From: Eledone cirrhosa
Taxonomy: Eukaryota
Assembly: GCA_964016885.1 (NCBI GenBank)
Contig: OZ024741.1
Span: 379,192,001-379,256,000 of the forward strand
DNA length: 64,000 bases
Reading direction: 5' to 3'
Both the position numbers and the translations under genes were made by a program. Shown here in pieces: positions 1 through 14,731 of this stretch (positions are counted from its first letter, which is position 1; each line of letters starts with the position of its first letter). The notes under the pieces are model-generated. The model was not told where the DNA came from. It did not search any database and was given only the letters and a program-made list of their open reading frames with translations.

Positions 1-172
1 TTTCTTTCATTTGGTGCGAGGCCCCTAGTCCTATAAAATGGGGGCCATTTGGGATAGGGGTGTTTCTGTTGTGGTGAAACCTTTGGCCCGCCGGAACTTC
101 ATGTCGGTAACTGGTTGGGCGATAGACTCTTGCGTGGCCGTTGCTGTATGGGCGTCTGGTTCTTCTGTTGAT

Positions 173-1126
173 TCATTCAGTATTCATGTGTCTTTGATTT
201 TGTCTCCGGTGATTGTTCTTGGTGTTATGGCAGTGGTTGTATCTGGTTCTGGTGTTGAGTATTGGGTCTGTATGTAGTTGTGTGTTTGGGGTTACCCAAT
301 ACCTGGTTGTTGTTGGTTTATTGTGTGTGGGTGCTTCATTTCTTGTGTTGTTGTATTTTCCTGAGTTCTGGGGTTTCCTATGTGTTTGTTTTCTGGGTTT
401 TATTTGGTCTTTCCCATAGTTATCTTCATATTCTTGAAGCCATTGAGTTCTTGACTCCTGTCTAGTTGTATCTGTCTGCCATAGGTTAAGGAGTTTTTCA
501 CGTACATTGCCGCTGCTTCTTTTGTTTATTTCCTCTTGGATGGTGGTGTCGCATTTTTCAAATTTCTCTTTGAATTTTGGCACTCTTAGGCGGAGTAGGG
601 TGATTTCGGTCTCAAGTGTTTGGAGTGCTAGATTTAGTCTTGTTGCAGTTTCTTCCTTTGATTCCGATGGTATTTCTTTAATTCGGAATTTTCTCGGGAG
701 GATAACTGGTTCCTTGCTACGCCATATTTCGTATGTGTCCGCTAGGTTTTCACTCCTCAAGGCTTTCCAGTATGCCTGTTTCCTTTGATTTAATAAAGGG
801 TTCCAAATGTTTTTCATCTGGTTTCTTTTTCTGTAGGCTTCTTTTTCTAGGTTCAGTTCATTCCATTCTTTGAATGCATTATTGGTGATGGAGTTCTGTT
901 CATGTGTAGCTATTTCAGGAGAAAAGGTTTGTTCTTGTTTTTGCCGGTCTGTAATTAGTGAATCAAGTTTTTCCCTATATCTGCGTGTTTGTTGTTCCAT
1001 TTCTTGTACGGCATTCGTAAAGGAATCATATTTATCTATTATTATGGTGAGTTTTTCTGATATTTCCTGTAGTAGTGTATCCGATTTGAGGGATTCAGTA
1101 GAGGATTTTGAACGTGTGTTAGCCAT
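173..1126 (-). CDS. Coiled-coil-rich ORF (317 aa), probably the N-terminal or first ORF of a Penelope-like element; function unknown
   Basis: Long non-repetitive ORF with heptad-like E/K/Q/L-rich helices and W/R/P-rich blocks (WNPLLNQRKQAYW, PVILPRKF). The ATG lies about 23 nt after the end of a pLTR-like repeat (1149-1800) that recurs at 39461. No RT or EN motif within the window. Confidence 0.6.
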   Translation of the reverse strand: MANTRSKSSTESLKSDTLLQEISEKLTIIIDKYDSFTNAVQEMEQQTRRYREKLDSLITDRQKQEQTFSPEIATHEQNSITNNAFKEWNELNLEKEAYRKRNQMKNIWNPLLNQRKQAYWKALRSENLADTYEIWRSKEPVILPRKFRIKEIPSESKEETATRLNLALQTLETEITLLRLRVPKFKEKFEKCDTTIQEEINKRSSGNVREKLLNLWQTDTTRQESRTQWLQEYEDNYGKDQIKPRKQTHRKPQNSGKYNNTRNEAPTHNKPTTTRYWVTPNTQLHTDPILNTRTRYNHCHNTKNNHRRQNQRHMNTE

Positions 1127-1148
1127 TCTGTCTTTACAAGGGGATAGA

Positions 1149-2700
<1,552 letters not shown>

Positions 2701-2715
2701 GCATCCCCCCCCCCC

Positions 2716-2753
<38 letters not shown>

Positions 2754-2910
2754 TTCGTTTCTGAATTTGTTTCTTATTGGCAACGTGTCCCTGCCAAATT
2801 ATAACAATATATATATATATGTATGTATATAAATATATATATATATATATATATTCATTAGTTAAGCAAAACAAGACCACAAATTTCACAAAGAAGACAT
2901 TATTAAAAGA

Positions 2911-4072
2911 TTGTCAACATATTTAGTCAACCCTTACCATAAACCAGGCGAAATACTCACATATATTAGCCCACACTATAACCACCCACCGGCAGTCCTC
3001 AGAGCATTAATCAAATCTATCTCCTATAGGATCTCAATGCTATCAGCAAATGAAGAGATATTTATAAACCACACACAATATTATAATAAGGCTCTCTCTG
3101 AATCTGGTTATAAACAATCAATTTATTACATACCAAAATGCCATAACACAGAAACTCACCATAATAAACTTAACACTAGAACTAGTAATACCTTAGCATA
3201 TAGCCAGATTCGCCGGAATTTTAGCAGTAACACCACCTATACAGGGAACTTTAATGGTGGCAGCGGCATGCTCCCCACTCCTAGTAGCAAACTATAATCA
3301 ACCCTAGAATAGGAATGAGAAATGGGATCACAAATAACAAACCCCCAGATAATAATAACCCTAGGAAGGCTCCTACCGACTCCACTATGACCTCTAGAAA
3401 GAATAGGCCTAGAAATATCACCTGGCTTAACCTACCATTCTCATCTAATCTAGCCACTAATATCCCCAATCGCTTCTTCTCTATCCTATCCAAACACTTC
3501 CCCCCTAACCATAGATATTACAAACTCTTTAATAAAAACAACATTAAAATCTCATTCTCCACTACACCTAACCTAGCTAGCCGCATCGCGTTCAGTAACC
3601 ATCATAAGCTAAGACACTATAACTCCCACACCGCGGTACCACCACCCCTATCAAATATACCACGCCACTACACCAATACTTACTCTAGTAGCACACCTCC
3701 CCATCTAATCCTTCTAGCACGGACCAACTGCTTATGTTAAATAACCCTACTCTCAGTAACCGCAGAAGCAACTGCAACTGCCGTTACCCCAATGCATGCC
3801 CATTAAATGGACACTGCCAGACACCCAACATAGTCTATAGGTGCACAGTTGAGACTGCTTCGAATACCAGCTCTTACATCGGGTCTACCTCTAACCCTTT
3901 TCAGGTACGCTATATGGGGCACTCTTTTTCCTTCCGAGACCCTAGCAACAGATGTTCGACATCGCTAGCTAGGCTCATTAAAAACCTTAAATTAAACAAA
4001 GTTCAACACTCACTAAAATGGGATATCGTAGCTAGGTACGATATTTATAAGGTATCTTATAAATATTTTTGA
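2911..4072 (+). pseudogene. Naiad-type PLE 3' half: RT thumb, linker and GIY-YIG endonuclease (frameshifted)
   Basis: PYHKP..YI...NHPP; RNITWLNLPFS..FPPNHRYYKLFNKNNIKISFS; CNCR...CPLNGHC..NIVYRCTV..YIGST..F..RY..H across three ORFs. Confidence 0.85.
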
Positions 4073-4489
4073 AGTTCTAGTTAAACTTTAATTAATTACC
4101 CACCTAGCTATGTGTACTTACACACTTTTACAAATTTGATCTACTTATATTGTCAGTTAAGTTAAAACAATGAGAGAACCTTGGGGTTGTTGTTTAGCTA
4201 TAGAATATCAACCCTAAGTGAGGAGACTTATGGTTTTAAATATTCTTGCTGTGACCTTTACATCTTATTTTAAAACATTGTATATCTAGAATTACAATAT
4301 CAGATGTAACCTTCAAATTTCCTTTTTTAAAGTATCAGGTAACATGCTGTATAGAAGTTTTCTTGTTAACTCTTCTTGGTTGTATGATCAACTACAAATA
4401 GCTGATCATGCACATCATTTTTTACCATCCTCAAAAATGAGAAGGAGATATTGTACAATGCAGTCTGAGATAATGTATAGCGCAAAAGA

Positions 4490-5641
4490 CGATGATCAAC
4501 CTGTATGGAGAGGTTGAAGCCTTTAAAGAAGGCTGTGAGTTCTTTTCTGAACCTGTCGCAAGCGTGTGGGCCGCACTTTGTCATGATCAAAATATCGTCA
4601 TCACGGTACAAACCATCGCCCACGTTGGAGAATTATTCCTTGAAAGAGAAAGGAATGCAAAGGCCGATAAGATCAGTAGCCTCCCCAGAATCGCTGGCGC
4701 CCATTCTCACGCCGAATGGGGTACTATTTGATTTTTTAATCCAAATAGAGTCGTCGAAATTAATCACCTACTTACGGGCATTGAGCATGGCATCAACTTC
4801 GAAATCCTTAACCACTGTGAGTGTTTTAGCGAAATAGATAGCTCTAAGAAGTGGTAGGAAGTGATGGAGGAGTAGTAATTATTAATGTCGAATTGGGTAA
4901 AACGGCAATGTTCCTTGTTGCATATGCCGTTGAACAAGTCAATCACGGTGAAAAAATTGTTCAACAGTGCAAGAGCGGCAAAACTTCTAATTTCAGGTAT
5001 AATTCTATCTAAAGTCCTTTTACTAAGTCTACCTAAATCGGACTTCGTATGGTTAGTAAGCCGAATAGAGAGGTTGTTCGGGAAATTGGATTTGTGATCA
5101 TTCAGGGTAAAGTGGGGAGAAATAGGGTCCAGAGGTTCAGTCCGGTCCAGGATGTTGAGATCAGAGATGATTTTAATCCCAGCATCGTTGATTTCATTAA
5201 TGTCGCAGAGATTAGTTTTACGGTAATCCTTAGTTACAGCATTATGTAGCAGTTGATGGTATGTACTGCGCTCCACTTGATATAGATTGCCAGTTTTGTC
5301 GGAATGGACGTGCACGGCATTAGAATCCTTTATGGAACGAATTCTATTCTTCAGGTCGTTCTGGAAGGAATTGCTCGTATTTCGAAATTTGATACTCCGT
5401 ATGAGTTCCAAGACATCATTTTCGAAGGGTAGCAATGCTGGGTTACTCGGAGGGTTATTATAGGTTTTAACCCCAAATTTATCCTGTTTGTCGTCTGCTT
5501 TTCCCTGATTATCGAATAAAAGGCACGCCAACGCAACCTTTTAATGAACGCGACTGTTTTCTGTATCAGGAGTTTTAGTTATGTTTTCATGCTTGGTACG
5601 GGTATGTTCTTTGTAGAAATATTCATATGTTGTTTCTGCAT
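4490..5641 (-). pseudogene. Naiad-type PLE 5' half: N-terminus and RT core (frameshifted)
   Basis: MQKQHMNISTKNIPVP..IKRLRWRAF; FENDVLELIRSIKFR; SDKTGNLY; QFDINNYYSSIT; MGASDSGE..DLIGL; GLYRDD. Confidence 0.85.
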
Positions 5642-6230
5642 GATGAATATAACTCAATAGAGTGCTCAACCGATGGAGCCAAATAGTAATATTAATAAAT
5701 ATGAAGACTAAAATCCAAAGAGGGCTCGATAAGGATAAATATTATATCAGGTATATAAGAACCGTAGTGCAAATATTTATTAAAATAACAGATTAAAGTT
5801 TAAGCAAATAATCGTGGATTTCACCCTTAACAGGATCTTCTGAAACTAAAAAGTCAATCTCTGAACGCAGAAGTAAATATTTCAAGAAACGTTGCAACCG
5901 GAGGAAGACTGGAAGACGATACTTTGGTTTGGGGAATCGTTCCCTAGCAAAGAACGGAAAAAAACGAAGATAATACGTCATTAGTTGGGTCGGTCAAAAC
6001 AATTACGCAAAGACAAAACCACGCTTATGGTATAAATGAAGTCGTAGACTAATATTCTATTAGGTGGTTCATGGACACGTTCTCTGGCAATGAACGAAAA
6101 AAAAACGATGATAATACGTCATTATGTGGGCCGGGAGAACAATTACAAGCAAGATAAAACCACGTAAATGGTATAACTGGAGTCGTAGACTAAAATTCTA
6201 TTTAGGAACCGAATGATTCTCGACTTCAGA
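5642..6230 (-). mobile_element. 5' pLTR/leader of the Naiad element, with internal tandem duplication; related copy at about 11300-11515
   Basis: About 130-bp duplication (5935-6060 / 6075-6200). ctctgaacgcagaagtaaatatttc...ggaagacgatactttggtt is shared with 11330-11400. Confidence 0.55.
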
Positions 6231-6671
6231 GTTAAGAATAAAGTAAATAAAATACAGGCGTAATTGAAATTAAATATATACATACACGCATCCATATACG
6301 TACATATACAAGCTTACGCGAAAACATTCGCCATGGGTATGCAAATACAAGTACGTACACGAAAAAAAAACAAAAAAAAAAACACGCACGCACATAGAGA
6401 ACCCATGCAACGCCAGTATCCGCACACATACGAACATATACACCAAATACACATAAACATATATATAAACAAAAATATATATATATATGTGTGTCTATGT
6501 GTGTGTACGTGTATACATAATTAAAGAAACGTATATCGAGTCTTCTTTGGATTTTAGTCATCATATTTAGTAATATTACTATATATATATTTTTTTTTTT
6601 CCTGTAACTTGTCTACGGAAATACATATCACACACACGGACATACGCACACACACACACACACTCACACAC

Positions 6672-6811
<140 letters not shown>

Positions 6812-7312
6812 GTATGTTTGTGTGTTTGTGAGGTATGTGTGTCTTGTATTTGCATGCGTGTGAATATTCCTATATATAAATTTTATATATGAAGATGAAT
6901 TTAGTTCGATATACAACCGTCGATTCACTCCAATTCAACCGTCCAATTTAAATTTGGGCAGAAACTACAGCCGAAAATAGTGCATGTGTAATCGATAAAG
7001 TTGTGGACACGACGCTTAAACAGCTTGTAAATAAATGAAATAGAACCAAATGCTATGTTAAAAAATAATACTTACATCATATTAGCACAATATAGTCCTA
7101 ATAAAGTCCTAGAAAATTACCATAATTAAATGGATAATTAGACACGTTAAGACACTGATCCTCATCAATAGTTTATCTTATTAACTTATTAATTATACAA
7201 TATATTGACTGTACATGATTAAGTTTAAATAGAGAGAACATCTCACATGTTGTTATGGTGGCTGCGACAAAAACATCACCAGTCGTGGACAATGTTAGAA
7301 AGAGGGAAATGC

Positions 7313-7343
<31 letters not shown>

Positions 7344-7639
7344 ACGTGCGTGTCTGCATTTGTGTGTGTGAGTATGTGCGTGCGTGTGTATGTATGTGTG
7401 TGTGTGTGTGTATAAATAGTTACAACAGGGACATAAACAGGTACTTAAGTTTCATTGGTTTCTGGACCCAACTCATTCAGCCGGTCATAAGGAAAATAAA
7501 AATAAAGATGGCCGCCTATGGTTGATTGTGATTTCTTTTTAGAAACATATCATACGAGTTTAAACAAAAGCAGTTAATTTAGAAATTGGTGAGAAAATGT
7601 GTTTTTAAGGGTAAAAGGTAACATCACGTGTTATTACAA

Positions 7640-7832
7640 ATAATAATAATTGTTTCTACTTTAGGCACAAGGCCAGCAATTACCCAGTGAATTACTGGTA
7701 CTTTATTTTATCGACCCCGTAACGATGAAAGGCAAAGTCAACCTCGGCGAGATTTGAACTCAGATCGTAAAGGGACGTAACTATGCTGGAGAGCTTGGCG
7801 TCCGACCCTCTACCGATACTGCCAATGCACCA
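7640..7832 (-). mobile_element. tRNA-derived SINE (octopus-type, Nin/Deu-like central domain)
   Basis: Reverse complement has B-box gagttcaaatc, core gaggttgactttgcctttcatcgttacggggtcgataaaataaagtacc, and an (att)n tail. Confidence 0.85.
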
Positions 7833-7986
7833 CTGTTATCCAATTGTTCATGCATTGCATTTTGCATTGAGTCATATTGAAATGCAGAGTTTTTCTCCAT
7901 AAATTATATCACTGATCTAAAATCAGTCATCATTTTCTCACAAGAATAAATTTGTGAAACGCAGCAAGGCACGGGTAATTCGGCTA

Positions 7987-8051
<65 letters not shown>

Positions 8052-8074
8052 CACACGTATGTACATATATATGC

Positions 8075-9125
8075 TATATTGTGGCCTATTTCTTCTAGAC
8101 GTTATGCACGATGTATTCTCTGATTTCCATACAGTCTATATCAGGATGATGGTCCGTCACTATCTAGCCATGAACAGTGGCATGACCTGGACAACTTTAG
8201 GAAAACCTTAATGACTACCTTGAACAACCCAGGTTTAAGCATTACGATAGCCACCAACCTCACCAATATCAACTCCCAAGACGTTAACTTAGAACTACAG
8301 ACAAGAAAATATAGATCATTCTACAAACCTATTTCGAAACTTCGGTACATCCGTAAGGACTCTAGCCACCCAACTATAGTTTTTTTAAAAACTCATCCTA
8401 CAATAATTGAGCACTGAGTAACAGCGGTTTCTCCGCAAAAATCACGTACTTACGCCCTACATTTAATAAGCTAAACCTAGACATAAATATTTCATATGAT
8501 TCGCTTCACCTTTCCCACTTAATGTGAAAATAAATGTAGGTAAACAATTCCTAGCCCTCATAGATCTCCATTAGCGTGTTAGCCATAAATACCGAAAGAT
8601 AATGAATTGCCGTACAGGAAAAATAAGATATTATTGCACTAACAATGTTAAATCTTACATTACCTGCAAATAGGAAGGCCCTCCACCGTACAGATACTCA
8701 TGCAGATGACCAGAAATATGCCCATACGACCTAGAGCACAACACTCCGCTGGTTATATACCAAATAGACGTTACCACCACCATCCAGAACCAGGAAACTG
8801 AAGCCTGGACCCATGTAAATCTGTACTTGATCGTGTTTAATAACTGGTACCTGAAACATGAAAAAAGAAAAGCAATATGCCCGCCAGCGTGAAAGTTACG
8901 GATGGATTCTTAAGAACAACGACACATATTTCTCAATCAAATGGATGACATTAGAAAGATATACCGCATATGTATATGGGTCGAAATGTTGTCATCTTTG
9001 TAATTCTGAGAAATGGTATATACTCTCACAACTAGCTTCAGATAAACATTTCCACAAGACAGGGCTTGATTGCTTGGGCAGCCGTCTTCCTGAGAAGAAG
9101 TATATTTTGAGTAAATGGCTTAGGT
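8075..9125 (+). pseudogene. Highly decayed Naiad-type PLE (RT C-terminus to GIY-YIG)
   Basis: GLSITIATNL..DVNLEL..YKP..YIRKDSSHP; SCR*PEICP; KW..LER..AY..GSKCCHLCNSEK. Confidence 0.7.
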
Positions 9126-9149
9126 ATAGAAGTATACGTAATTTACTGA

Positions 9150-9555
9150 ATTGGCAGTATCGGTAGAGAGTCGGACACCATGCTTTCCAACATAGTTACG
9201 TCTCTTTACGGTCTGAGTTCAAATCCCGCCGAGGCTAACTTTGCATTTCATCCTTACGGGGTCGATAAAATAAAGTACCAGTAATGTACTGGGTAATTGC
9301 TAGCATTGTGTCAAACTTAGAAAGAATTATTATTATTTGTAATATATAATTATTTGTAATATATTGGCATTATCGGTAGAGGGTCTGACGCCATGCTTTG
9401 CAGCAAAGAGTTACGGCCCTTCATGGTCTGAGTTCAAATCCCGCTGAGGTTAACTTTGCCTTTCATCCTTAGGGGGGTCAATAAAATAAAGTACCAGTAA
9501 TACACTGGGTAATTGCTGGCTTTGAGCCAAAAGTAGAAACAATTATTATTTGTAA
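9150..9555 (+). mobile_element. Two tandem SINE copies (about 9150-9345 and 9364-9555)
   Basis: Each has ggca.tatcggtagag, B-box gagttcaaatcccg, the core ctttgc.tttcatcctta.ggggtc.ataaaataaagtacc and an attattattt tail. Confidence 0.85.
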
Positions 9556-9599
9556 TATATATAATCAAAATTACATTATTAAATCGTATTCTTATTTTG

Positions 9600-10010
9600 T
9601 TTCTTGTAAATAATTGTTTTCAAAATATCAATTCAAAACTTGATCATTTCATTTTTGTGTAAAGTATTATTTTATTCGGCTTCCGAAATGTTCACAAGAG
9701 GGGGTTTAACCCCCATTAGTGTGTCAACATATTATTGAAATTTCCTGAAATGTTGTGATAGGCATCATATCTTGTCATTTACCTATTGTTTAAATTTCAG
9801 ATAAATAAAGGGACAATATTTTCAGCGGTGGTTTTCAGTGGAGGTGTGTGCCCCCGGCGATCTTTTATTAAAGTATACTCATCCAAGTAGCCTGGATAAT
9901 ATAGTTTCAGAATATATATGGTTCTGGGGGTCTATCTCCAAAACCTTAGGCGGAGTTCGTGAACAAACAAACAAACGGACAGGAACTACAACTTTATAAA
10001 TATATATATA
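9600..10010 (-). mobile_element. Possible non-autonomous Helitron/HINE-like element end
   Basis: Minus strand begins tatatatttataaagttgtagttcctgtccgtttgtttgtttgttcacgaactcc, resembling the termini of such elements. The inner boundary is uncertain. Confidence 0.3.
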
Positions 10011-10249
10011 TGCGAGAACAACCACAAACCTACCATCTCAATACTACTTTTGAAAACACAAGAACTGCGAGACCGGTAAAGGAATCAAATAAATATATAT
10101 TTAAAAAAAAAAACTCTAGTTGCATTTTCAATTTAATTTTTTCCTTATACTTTCACTGGTGTAGGACATCTCGTTTTTTGTTCATTTTGTAACGAATAAC
10201 CTCACTTTCTAATATATATATATATGCATGCATATATGTACACACACAC

Positions 10250-10363
<114 letters not shown>

Positions 10364-10364
10364 T

Positions 10365-10472
<108 letters not shown>

Positions 10473-10860
10473 CACATACAACGCACATTCTCACATCATA
10501 TAGCACTTCACCTTTCAATATATTCTCATGTTTTGACTACTGAAAGCATCATTTTAATAGTCGCATATAACTACGATCTTTCAAATTAAAGTCCTATATA
10601 CTTGTCACACACTACGATACTCTCTAACACTCAAAAACGTAGTCCTTCCTCCAGCATTGCTATACTATTTTTGAATAGTTTTATGCTTTTAATTTTTGAA
10701 ACTATTTTTGATACTGTTTTTTTTTATAATATTCTTTGAAATTTAGCATTTTTCAATTTCTTTTTTAATATTCCTCTAATCTGTTACCATAATGAATGAT
10801 GAATGAGTACTTTAATGTAATGAACTTTTAACCTAACTTAACTATTTATGATATAAAAAT

Positions 10861-11005
10861 AAACTCTGATGATCCCGACTCTGAATCAACACCTGTGGTT
10901 TAAGTTATATAATATAAATTTGAAAAAAATATTTCAAATTTGGAAGTGTAATATCATGGCCTAAGGGTGGAGATTGTAAGAACTGGCAGAAACATATATC
11001 AGTTT
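10861..11005 (+). ncRNA. Type I hammerhead ribozyme motif with long stem-II insertion (PLE pLTR)
   Basis: aaact CTGATGA ...about 116 nt... GAAA catata TC agttt; stem I aaact/agttt. Confidence 0.6.
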
Positions 11006-11639
11006 GATAATGCTTTGAATTCTCGGTGCTTTGAAATTGATAGACCAATTCTGCGTAACCCTCATTGCTATAAGCATTTAATCAACCGGTAAAGTAGTTT
11101 AGATACTCCAATTGATTGTATTATTACAACTACTGTTATATATATATGGGTGATGGCCCTTAGCATGGGAATTAGGATAAACGAATGTTTGTGAGAGATC
11201 CACGACGAGAGAAACTCACAATTACTCCACCAACCAGGCAGCATGGAACAAGGTAGCTCACCATATAACACTTAAAAAAAAATTGCTACTTTCACTCTTA
11301 AGGGCATATTCGTAAACTAAAAAAATCAAACTCTGAACGCAGAAGTAAATATTTCGAAAAACGTTCCAGCCGAAGGAAAACAGGAAGACGATACTTTGGT
11401 TCGTGAAGTCGTTCCTTGACAATAAACGGAAAAAAGCGAAGATGATACATCGTTATGAGGAACGATGAGAAAAAATTACAAGCAAAGACAAAACCACGTA
11501 GGCTAATATTCCGGTAATATTGTCTACAAATGTAAGGTCGACCCCCCTCCCCGTAGGGCCTACACACGGTTAACCGCCAATAGATTCAAGTAGCCTCTTT
11601 ACATGCACACCCATTCTTTTCTTAACCCTTTAAGAAGGA

Positions 11640-11850
11640 ATATGACGTCACTTTCAACCACACCCAATATAGGTTACACTGGAAGATCCTAGCTATGGCT
11701 AGATCGTATAACGGAAATAAAAGACCAAGCGATCTTCGCGCCGCTGAAGTCCTGGAAATACTCTAAGCCAATGATCACATGTTAAACAAAAAATCTGATG
11801 GAATTTCGGCTTGTAAACACAAATTGCATAAAACTTTCCTGTATTACAGC
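11640..11850 (+). pseudogene. Decayed PLE endonuclease C-terminal fragment
   Basis: WKILA.....DLRAAEVLEIL*ANDHMLNKKSDGISACKH resembles the LNK..E.IS.C.H end seen at 48279-48770. Confidence 0.5.
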
Positions 11851-12239
11851 CCCACATTATCCCCTAACATATAGTACGAACAGTACCCTGCTAATTTGGT
11901 CTTGATGTGGTAACTAAGTATATTTTATGTGTATACCATTACTCATTTGTATAGGTAACTATATCTTACCCGTATGTTTTGTGAAGGTACGTATATATGC
12001 TTGCATTTGTTATTGGTGCATATATTATATCATATATACTAGTATATGTGAATATGCTTATGTGTATATGTAGGTGTGTATATGTGTACATTGTGGTTTG
12101 GTTGACATATTTTTGGTGAATATATGTGCTTTTACCTGTAGGTATGTGTGTGCGTGCTCTATATACGTATATATGTGCGTATATTTATATACGTCTATAT
12201 AATTATATGTATACACACACATACATATATATATATTTT

Positions 12240-13735
12240 TAAATATAGAATACCTAGAAACATTTGACCTTAGCAAACTCTGCCCCACAAGGACAGCAAG
12301 AGGCAGACCACCTACCATTACCTCAACGGTCAAGAAAGCCCACACAGAAAGATGGAACGGGTGGACCAGAGCCATACGGACCCCCAAAAACCATGATGAA
12401 CTAAAGAAAATGATTGGACATCACGGCGGGGGCCAGTATAAAACTAACGCTTAAGGAACATATGTTTAAATTTAATGGAAAGGCATATGCCCAAGAGGAG
12501 GGAGCAGCCATTGGCGTTAGCATAGCAGGCGACATAGCTAACCTATTTATGGTATGGTGGGACAAAAAACTTAAGGAACAATTAGAAGACAACAATCTCT
12601 TAAACCTGATTATTTACTCCCGGTACGTTGATGATATAAACATCGTAGTAAAATCACCCCCACTAGAGAACAGTCAGGAATTAGATAAAAATACCATTGA
12701 AAGCATCCAGCAAATAGCTAACTCCATCCACCAGTGTATCAATGTTACTATAGTCTACCCAAGCAAACACCCCATCCATTGATTACCTGTACTATACACA
12801 GAGCTCTGGTTAGAAACCATTAATAACAAAAAACATCCTCCATTCTCATTATGCCAAACCCATGACTTCCAAATACCTGATCCACCGAAAGTCAGCTGTT
12901 TCAGATCACACCACAATCAACATACTAATTGCGGATTTAGGAAGGGTGATGCGGAACGTGTCCCGCATGTGCAACACGAAAGAATTAGAGAGACATATAC
13001 AACACTTTATTCACCGTATGCAGTTATCTGGCTACAATCAGAGAGACACAATCAGAGGAGCCAGAACCAAATGGGAAGAAAATGGTAAATAATGATACAA
13101 ATGGGACCTGCCCCTTGCACAGGAGCAACTTTTGGAATAGAATAGAAAGAACTAGGAATACGGTTAATAAAATAAACTCATAGTATGATAGCAATAAATA
13201 CCAGAGTGTAATCTTCATCAATACAACCCCTAGAGGTGAACTAGCTTAAAAATTTAGAAGGGCCCTATATAAACTTAGGCTAAATATTAAGATAGTCGAA
13301 AGACCAGGTACCTCCATAAAATCACTAATTAGTAATAATACCCTTTTCAAAGACCTCTCTGTATAGATAGGACATGCATAACCTGTAAGCTAAGCCCCCA
13401 TATTAACTGTAAAACTAGAAACATTTTATATAGCATAAAATGACTGAGGAACAATGTAAAAATAAGAATATAATGTACATGGGCGAGACAGCCCATAGCA
13501 TAGGAGCACAATTAAATGAACACTGGCGAGAACTCCAGGATAGAAAAGACTCATCAATATTCCACCAACGTGCTAAATTAGAACATAATGTCAAATTAGA
13601 GAACATAGAGATAAAAAAAGAATCTACACACAGAAAAGAATAGAATCTACACACAGACGCAATAAACATAAATGAACTCCAACCCAAATTAAATAGTAAA
13701 CATGAGTGGAATAGCAACATCACAACATGTAATTA
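12240..13735 (+). pseudogene. PLE of a second clade (Neptune/Nematis-like by inference): RT, thumb, Zn-linker and GIY-YIG, disrupted
   Basis: FKFNGKAYAQEEGAAIG..AGDIANLFM; RYVDDI; KPMTSKYLIHRKSA; C..C...NCKTRNILY; YMGETAHSIG..LNEH. Confidence 0.85.
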
Positions 13736-13934
13736 AGGACAAAATGAAAACACACCCACATAGAATAAACAACTAACTAGTAACATGTAAATAAACAAAT
13801 AAATAAACAAACAAAAACACATATAGACACCCGGATGTAACGCATGCGCAAACTAACCACACAACACACACACACAAACCTGATGGCGTAGGACAGAACA
13901 AAGGAGAGGCACAAAATAAAGAAAATAATCCCCA

Positions 13935-13977
13935 GTCACTGAAGAGGTCACATAATGTGTGACGAAAGAACTTTGAC
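13935..13977 (+). ncRNA. Minimal type I hammerhead ribozyme
   Basis: gtca CTGAAGA g gtcaca taatg tgtgac GAAA gaac TT tgac. Confidence 0.75.
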
Positions 13978-14167
13978 AATATATGAACAACCATCCGGTT
14001 ATAGACCTAGCAACCGGAAATTTATAATAAATTGATGTGAAATCAACTGCTGCGTGTGTCTCTTATTGGCAACATGACCCTCCCAAAGTATAACAATATC
14101 AGTTTCATCACACGTTTTCAGATAATCGAAAAGGCTTGAGCTCTGCTGTCGGGTCCATACTTTTTCC

Positions 14168-14246
<79 letters not shown>

Positions 14247-14533
14247 CGTTTCTGAATTTGTTTAGCAAGATTCTTTATCTGAAAACATGTGTTGAAACCG
14301 ATATTGTTATACTTTGGGAGGGTCATGTTACCAATAAGAAACACACACAGACACCCGGATGTAACACATGCGCAAACTAAGCACACAACACACACAAAAA
14401 ACAAGAAGATAAACACACACACAGACACCCGGATGTAACACATGCACAAACTAAGCACACAACACACACACCAAAACAAGATGGCGTAGGACAGAACAAA
14501 GGAGTGGCACAAAAACAAAGAAAAGAACCCCCA

Positions 14534-14576
14534 GTCACTGAAGAGATCACATAATGCGTGACGAAAGACATTTGAC
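14534..14576 (+). ncRNA. Minimal type I hammerhead ribozyme (diverged copy)
   Basis: gtca CTGAAGA gatcac ataatgc gtgac GAAA gaca TT tgac. Confidence 0.6.
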
Positions 14577-14680
14577 AATATATAAACAACCATCTGGTTG
14601 CGGAACAAACCAACCAACCGGAAATTTATAAATTCCTAAATTTATCAGTTTATTATAATAAATTGAAGTGAAAGCAACTG

Positions 14681-14731
<51 letters not shown>

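Larger units (their letters stand above)
13736..14685 (+). mobile_element. Tandem pLTRs of the 12240-13735 PLE, each with an HHR, separated by (TA)n and an inverted tail segment
   Basis: 13825-14050 is similar to 14420-14680. 14245-14345 is the reverse complement of the tail at about 14050-14125. Confidence 0.8.

Noticed and set aside
8701-8725. In-frame TGA in a Naiad zinc-binding region (SCR*PEICP), considered as selenocysteine recoding, which has been reported for some Naiads
   Set aside because: The TGA is not at a conserved Cys position and the copy is riddled with other stops and frameshifts.
9150-9235. tRNA gene
   Set aside because: It has a B-box but no cloverleaf, and continues into the SINE core and tail; it is a SINE head.
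13435-13460. TGA at a Cys-equivalent position before the GIY-YIG motif
   Set aside because: It coincides with a 1-nt frameshift, and the related copy near 32468 has TGT there, so a deletion explains it.
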